DNA from: an uncultured virus (IMG/VR IMGVR_UViG_2651870323_000004)
Lineage: Duplodnaviria > Heunggongvirae > Uroviricota > Caudoviricetes
Direction: 5' to 3' (one strand)
Length of the DNA: 20,000 bases
IMG/VR virus record: IMGVR_UViG_2651870323_000004
Below the pieces are notes generated by a model that worked only from the letters and a program-made list of their open reading frames with translations, did no database searches and was not told the DNA's origin. Numbering within the stretch: the stretch's first letter is position 1; every line of letters starts with the position of its first letter. Position numbers and translations under genes: made by a program. Of the stretch, positions 15,198 through 20,000 are shown piece after piece.

Positions 15198-15344
15198 ATG
15201 GATGATCAGGCGGAATGCCCGCATTGCGACCACAAAGGCCCGCTGGATGAATTTTTCGATGGCGACGACAGCGCGGGCGGCGAGGACTGGCTCGTCTGCC
15301 CTGACTGCGGCTCTGGCGGCATGTTGGACGACTTCACCGGCTGA
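15198..15344 (+). CDS. Acidic zinc-ribbon microprotein, 48 aa
   Basis: RBS GGAGGT; CPHC..CPDC. Confidence 0.7.
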   Translation: MDDQAECPHCDHKGPLDEFFDGDDSAGGEDWLVCPDCGSGGMLDDFTG

Positions 15345-15346
15345 CC

Positions 15347-15559
15347 ATGCACATCCTCGTTTGCAACGTCGCACAGGCGCCGTGCCCGCCCGATCAGCAA
15401 GCCTTGCTGAGCTTCACCCAGGCGGAGGACTTCGCCGCCCTGGGCCTCACACCCGAGGTGGTGGCTGCGGCATACGTGTTTGGCGCCGGCAGCGTGGTCC
15501 TGTGGTGGTTCCTCGGCTACTGCATCAGCCTCGCGATCAAGCTGATTTCCAAGGCCTGA
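15347..15559 (+). CDS. Putative minor coat protein (pVII/pIX-like), 70 aa
   Basis: C-terminal TM segment with basic tail; lies between SSB and major coat. Confidence 0.7.
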   Translation: MHILVCNVAQAPCPPDQQALLSFTQAEDFAALGLTPEVVAAAYVFGAGSVVLWWFLGYCISLAIKLISKA

Positions 15560-15644
15560 CCAATGCAACTATCAGCCTCGCGTGCGGGGTTGATGGGTGC
15601 AAACCGGATTCCCCGGAACACCGATTTTTTTCTGGAGTTTGAAA

Positions 15645-15779
15645 ATGGACGCAATCTTTGCAGCAGTGGATTTCAAGACCGTCGCCGCGGCCGTGGGTGT
15701 CATCGGTGTCGCCGTCATCGGCATCCACATGGCCTTCAAGGGCATCGACCTGGGCAAGCGTGGCGTGAAAAAGGCCTGA
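15645..15779 (+). CDS. Major coat protein (pVIII-like), 44 aa, no signal peptide
   Basis: RBS GGAG; MDAIFAAVDFKTVAAAVGVIGVAVIGIHMAFKGIDLGKRGVKKA has an acidic N-terminus, TM helix and basic C-terminus. Confidence 0.88.
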   Translation: MDAIFAAVDFKTVAAAVGVIGVAVIGIHMAFKGIDLGKRGVKKA

Positions 15780-15789
15780 GGGTAGGCCC

Positions 15790-15888
15790 ATGCTGATAGG
15801 GGCGCTGCTCGCTCTCTTCCTGGCCCTGGTGGCCGTGATTGGGGCGGTCAGCGCCCTTGTTTTTGCTCTGCAGGTGCGCAATGCTTAG
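15790..15888 (+). CDS. Putative minor coat protein, 32 aa
   Basis: MLIGALLALFLALVAVIGAVSALVFALQVRNA, a single TM segment between pVIII and pIII; hand-translated, below the ORF track cutoff. Confidence 0.7.
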   Translation: MLIGALLALFLALVAVIGAVSALVFALQVRNA

Positions 15889-16730
15889 ATCGTCAAAGTT
15901 CTTGTCTCTCCTGGTCGTGCTCCTGGCCGGTGTTGGCACGTCAAACGCCGGTGTGCGGTACCAATATGGCGACGCCTGGTACCCCAGTGCGACCGCTGCT
16001 TGTCAGGCCCACATAACGAAGAACGCATCTTCGAATCCGGGCGTTTCGTCGTCGGTCTCTGCGGTGCAGGAGTTCGCTACCACTGCGGTTTGCACTATCT
16101 CCTCCTCCAGCGCAAATGGATCGTGGACCGATCGTTTGACCGTCGGCCGCGAAGAGACCGCGTGCACAGCAGGTGAGTCAACTGGCGAGCTCGACTACCC
16201 CGGTTCTCGCGGCTCGTTCAGGACTTGTGTCCAGGGCTGTCTGGCGGACATGAGCGCCGTTACTCCCGTGCTTGAGTGCTCAGGCACTGGCACCAGCGCG
16301 TGCACCTACAAGACCCGCATGTCCGGCAAGCTGACCGGCGCATCGTGCAGCTCCGCATCTGGCGATCCGCCCACCACCAACCCGCCACCATGCCCGTCCG
16401 GCATGTCCGGTGGCTACGTCAACGGCGTTGAGGCCTGCGTCCCCAACTCGGGGAGCGGTGGCAGCACTGGCGGTGGCACTGGCGGCGGTACCGGGTCCGG
16501 CGACGGCACAGGCGGCGGCACGGGCGGCGGCACGGGCGGCGGCACTGGCGGCGGCACTGGCGGTGGTACTGGTTCCGGTGACGGGTCAGGCGGTGGCACT
16601 GGTGGTAGTACAGGTGGCGGCACCGGGTCCGGTGATGGCACTGGGGGCGGTACTGGCGGCGGTACTGGCGGCGGTACTGGCGGCGGTACTGGCGGCGGCA
16701 CTGGCGGAGGCACTGGCGGAGGCACTGGCG
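15881..16730 (+). CDS. Adsorption protein (pIII-like), reliable N-terminal part only
   Basis: Signal peptide MLRSSKFLSLLVVLLAGVGTSNA, Cys-rich domain, Pro-rich turn, then a GGGT/GSGDG linker. Sequence degrades after ~16730 and no C-terminal anchor is present. Confidence 0.85.
16453..16730 (+). repeat. 12-bp tandem repeats encoding the Gly-Gly-Gly-Thr linker
   Basis: GGCGGCGGYACN-like units interrupted three times by GSGDG. Confidence 0.9.
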
Positions 16731-16904
16731 GGGGGGCGGGGGGGGGGGCGGGCGGGGGGGCGGGCGCGGGGGGCGGGGGGGCGGCTGGGCCCCCCCCCCC
16801 ATGGGGGGGGAGGTGCTGGGGGGGGGGCGCGTCGCTCCCGGGCGGGCCTGGGGGGCCCGCCTCCCACCGGCCGCCCCCTGTTCGGGGCGGCGCGCCTGGG
16901 GCCT
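16731..16904. other. Corrupted G/C homopolymer tract; probable sequencing or assembly junction
   Basis: Long G and C runs with A/T nearly lost, between two truncated convergent genes. Confidence 0.8.
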
Positions 16905-17105
16905 GCCTGCGGCGGCGGTGGCGGGCGTCCAGTTGGCATCGCGCCAGCACAGTTCGTTCGTGCCGTTCTTCCACACCAGCTCGCCGGTGCCGTTTTGCCA
17001 GTTGTCGATCACCTTGCCGCCGTCAGCGGCCTTGACTTGGGCACCAGCCGAGGTAGCCAGCACGGCAGAGGCCAACAACATCGCCACTTTGTTCAGTTTC
17101 TTCAT
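16905..17105 (-). CDS. ompA: Outer membrane protein A, first 67 codons only
   Basis: MKKLNKVAMLLASAVLATSAGAQ..DNWQNGTGELVWKNGTNELCWRDANWTPATAAAG; RBS AGGAG; divergent from gyrA as in Burkholderiales. The C-terminal domain is missing. Confidence 0.92.
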
Positions 17106-17339
17106 GGTTCTCCTCTTGGGGAAAAAGCCGCAGCCGCGCTGCGAATATGGACGTCGTCAGTGACCATCACCAAAAACGCTGAATTGATTGTGCCATACGT
17201 AACAAGGCAAAGTGACCGCCCCCCAACCCTCTACCGTAGGACAAAAGCGCTTTACCCCCCGATCTGTTGCGCACTTGCGACAAGGCGTTGCGCCTAGAAT
17301 GTCCGACCTCCGCCGCCCTGATCCCGCATCCCCGACCCC

Positions 17340-20000
17340 ATGACCCAGTTCGCCAAAGAAACCCTGCCCATCAGCCTCGAAGAGGAGATGCGGCGCAGTT
17401 ATCTCGATTACGCGATGAGCGTGATCGTCGGCCGCGCGTTGCCGGATGCGCGGGACGGCCTCAAGCCGGTGCATCGCCGCGTGCTGTTCGCGATGCACGA
17501 ACTGAATAACGACTGGAACCGCCCTTACAAGAAGTCGGCCCGTATCGTCGGCGACGTCATCGGCAAGTACCACCCCCACGGAGACAGCGCCGTGTACGAC
17601 ACGATCGTGCGGATGGCGCAGGATTTCTCGCTGCGGCACATGCTGGTGGACGGCCAGGGCAATTTCGGCTCCGTGGACGGCGACGGCGCGGCCGCCATGC
17701 GGTACACGGAAATCCGCCTGTCGAAGATCGCCCACGAGATGCTGGCCGACATCGACAAGGAAACCGTTGATTTCGGTCCCAACTACGACGGCAGCGAGAA
17801 GGAGCCGCTGGTGCTGCCCAGCAAGCTGCCCAACCTGCTCGTGAACGGCTCGGCCGGCATCGCGGTGGGCATGGCGACGAACATTCCGCCGCACAACCTG
17901 AACGAGGTGGTGGATGCCTGCCTGCACGTGCTGCGCCACCCGGACGCCACGGTGGACGAGATCATGGAGATCATCCCCGCGCCGGACTTCCCGACCGCGG
18001 GCATCATCTACGGCATCAACGGCGTGAAGGAAGGCTACCGGACCGGCCGCGGCAAGGTGGTCATGCGCGCGCGCTGCCACTTCGAGGACATCGACCGCGG
18101 CCAGCGCCAGGCCATCATCGTCGATGAGCTGCCCTACCAGGTCAACAAGAAGACGCTCCAGGAGCGCATGGCCGAACTGGTGCACGAGAAGAAGATCGAG
18201 GGCATCAGCCACATCCAGGACGAGTCCGACAAATCGGGCATGCGCCTGGTGATCGAACTCAAGCGCGGCGAAGTGCCCGAGGTGGTGCTGAACAACCTCT
18301 ACAAGCAGACCCAGCTGCAGGATACCTTCGGCATCAACATGGTGGCGCTGGTGGACGGCCAGCCGCGCCTGTGCAACCTGCGGGACCTGATCGTCGTGTT
18401 CCTGCAGCACCGCCGCGAGGTGGTGACGCGGCGCACGGTGTTCGAGCTGCGCAAGGCCCGCGAGCGCGGCCACGTGCTGGAAGGCCTCGCCGTGGCGCTG
18501 GCCAACATCGACGAGTTCATCCGCATCATCCGCGAATCGCCCACGCCGCCCATCGCCAAGACCGAGCTGATGAACCGCGCCTGGGACAGCCAGCTGGTGC
18601 GCGAGATGCTCACGCGCACCCGTGCGGACGGCGGCGTGGTCAATGCCGACGACTACCGCCCCGAGGGCCTGGAGCGCGAATACGGCATGGGGCAGGACGG
18701 CCTGTACCGGCTCTCCGAAACGCAGGCCCAGGAAATCCTGCAGATGCGCCTGCAGCGCCTGACGGGCCTGGAGCAGGACAAGATCGTCGCGGAGTACAAG
18801 GACATCATGGCGGTCATCGAGGACCTGCTGGACATCCTGGCCAAGCCCGAGCGCGTCTCGGTCATCATCGGCGACGAGCTCACCGCCATCAAGGCGGAGT
18901 TCGGCCAGCACAAGCTCGGCATGCGCCGCACCCTGGTCGAGCACAGCGCGCAGGATCTCTCCACCGAGGACCTCATCACGCCCACCGACATGGTGGTGAC
19001 CCTCTCGCACACGGGCTACATCAAGAGCCAGCCGCTGTCCGAGTACCGCGCGCAGAAGCGCGGCGGGCGCGGCAAGCAGGCCACGGCGACCAAGGAAGAC
19101 GACTGGATCGACCAGCTCTTCATCGCCAATACGCACGACTACATCCTCTGCTTCTCCAACCGCGGCCGGCTGTACTGGCTCAAGGTCTGGGAAGTGCCGG
19201 CGGGCTCGCGCGGCTCCCGAGGCCGGCCGATCGTGAACATGTTCCCGCTGCAGGAAGGCGAGAAGATCAACGTGGTGCTGCCGCTGACCGGCGACATGCG
19301 CACCTTCCCCGCCGACCGCTTCGTCTTCATGGCGACCAGCATGGGCACGGTGAAGAAGACGGCGCTGGACGAGTTCAGCAACCCGCGCAAGGGCGGCATC
19401 ATCGCCGTGAACCTGGACGACGGCGACTATCTGATCGGGGCTGCGCTCACCGACGGCCAGCACGACGTGATGCTCTTCTCGGACGGCGGCAAGGGCGTGC
19501 GCTTCGACGAGAACGACGTGCGGCCGCTGGGCCGCGCCGCGCGCGGCGTGCGCGGCATGATGCTGGAGGACGGCCAGAGCGTGATCGCCATGCTGGTGGC
19601 GGAGGACGAGACGCAGAGCGTGCTCACCGCCACCGAGAACGGCTACGGCAAGCGCACCAGCATCGTCGAATACACGCGCCACGGCCGCGGGACCAAGGGG
19701 ATGATCGCCATCCAGCAGAGCGAGCGCAACGGCAAGGTCGTCGCCGCCACCCTGGTCCATGCGGAAGACGAGATCATGCTGATCACCGACAAGGGCGTGC
19801 TGGTGCGCACGCGCGTGGCGGAGATCCGCGAGCTGGGCCGCGCCACGCAGGGCGTGACGCTGATCGCGCTGGACGAAGGCGCGAAACTGAGCGGGCTGCA
19901 GCGCATCGTAGAGAACGACGCGAACCCGCCGGCCGCCGACACCACCGACGACGCTCCCCCTTCCGACGCGCAGGACGCGGACGGGCCCTCGACCGAATGA
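17340..20000 (+). CDS. gyrA: DNA gyrase subunit A, complete, 886 aa
   Basis: [39 protein letters not shown], catalytic AAMRYTE, GyrA box QKRGGRG, beta-pinwheel repeats, acidic tail. Confidence 0.99.
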   Translation: MTQFAKETLPISLEEEMRRSYLDYAMSVIVGRALPDARDGLKPVHRRVLFAMHELNNDWNRPYKKSARIVGDVIGKYHPHGDSAVYDTIVRMAQDFSLRHMLVDGQGNFGSVDGDGAAAMRYTEIRLSKIAHEMLADIDKETVDFGPNYDGSEKEPLVLPSKLPNLLVNGSAGIAVGMATNIPPHNLNEVVDACLHVLRHPDATVDEIMEIIPAPDFPTAGIIYGINGVKEGYRTGRGKVVMRARCHFEDIDRGQRQAIIVDELPYQVNKKTLQERMAELVHEKKIEGISHIQDESDKSGMRLVIELKRGEVPEVVLNNLYKQTQLQDTFGINMVALVDGQPRLCNLRDLIVVFLQHRREVVTRRTVFELRKARERGHVLEGLAVALANIDEFIRIIRESPTPPIAKTELMNRAWDSQLVREMLTRTRADGGVVNADDYRPEGLEREYGMGQDGLYRLSETQAQEILQMRLQRLTGLEQDKIVAEYKDIMAVIEDLLDILAKPERVSVIIGDELTAIKAEFGQHKLGMRRTLVEHSAQDLSTEDLITPTDMVVTLSHTGYIKSQPLSEYRAQKRGGRGKQATATKEDDWIDQLFIANTHDYILCFSNRGRLYWLKVWEVPAGSRGSRGRPIVNMFPLQEGEKINVVLPLTGDMRTFPADRFVFMATSMGTVKKTALDEFSNPRKGGIIAVNLDDGDYLIGAALTDGQHDVMLFSDGGKGVRFDENDVRPLGRAARGVRGMMLEDGQSVIAMLVAEDETQSVLTATENGYGKRTSIVEYTRHGRGTKGMIAIQQSERNGKVVAATLVHAEDEIMLITDKGVLVRTRVAEIRELGRATQGVTLIALDEGAKLSGLQRIVENDANPPAADTTDDAPPSDAQDADGPSTE

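Larger units (their letters stand above)
12189..16730. mobile_element. Filamentous phage (inovirus) prophage, truncated within pIII
   Basis: Canonical order: divergent repressor, Rep_trans initiator, ssDNA-binding protein, tiny hydrophobic coat genes, Gly-linker pIII. pVI and pI (Zot) are not present in the window. Confidence 0.9.

Noticed and set aside
16453..16730. CRISPR array or diversity-generating repeat
   Set aside because: Spacerless 12-bp coding repeats of the pIII glycine linker.
16419..17105. Novel OmpA fusion with a Pro/RQCR-rich tail
   Set aside because: The tail is the corrupted tract plus the antisense reading of the pIII linker.
17574..17603. Quinolone-resistance substitution in gyrA
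   Set aside because: The QRDR reads [11 protein letters not shown], with Ser83 and Asp87 equivalents unchanged.

Overview
High-GC betaproteobacterial DNA (ompA and gyrA look Comamonadaceae/Acidovorax-like) with three parts. (1) 1-12188: the right end of a tailed-phage-type prophage. It carries a lipoprotein gene, a ~3400-aa polyvalent protein (ddrB-like ParB, ART-PolyVal-like, LPD23, two zincin motifs, MuF-C-like, LPD38) and four small accessory genes, and ends at a 27-bp tRNA 3'-end duplicate (att, probably tRNA-Ser). (2) 12189-~16730: a filamentous phage (inovirus) prophage with repressor, operators, Rep_trans initiator, ssDNA-binding protein, coat genes and pIII. (3) 16905-20000: host ompA (5' part only) and complete gyrA, joined to pIII through a corrupted G/C tract that looks like a misassembly. 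The most interesting signals lie inside the giant gene: an overprinted +1-frame 85-aa ORF after the ParB-like region, and an antisense promoter-hairpin-U-tract cassette (candidate sRNA) just after the MuF-C-like RNase domain. The inovirus repressor also reads through the tRNA-derived att, so its C-terminus depends on integration. Domain calls come from recognising motifs by eye, not from database searches.
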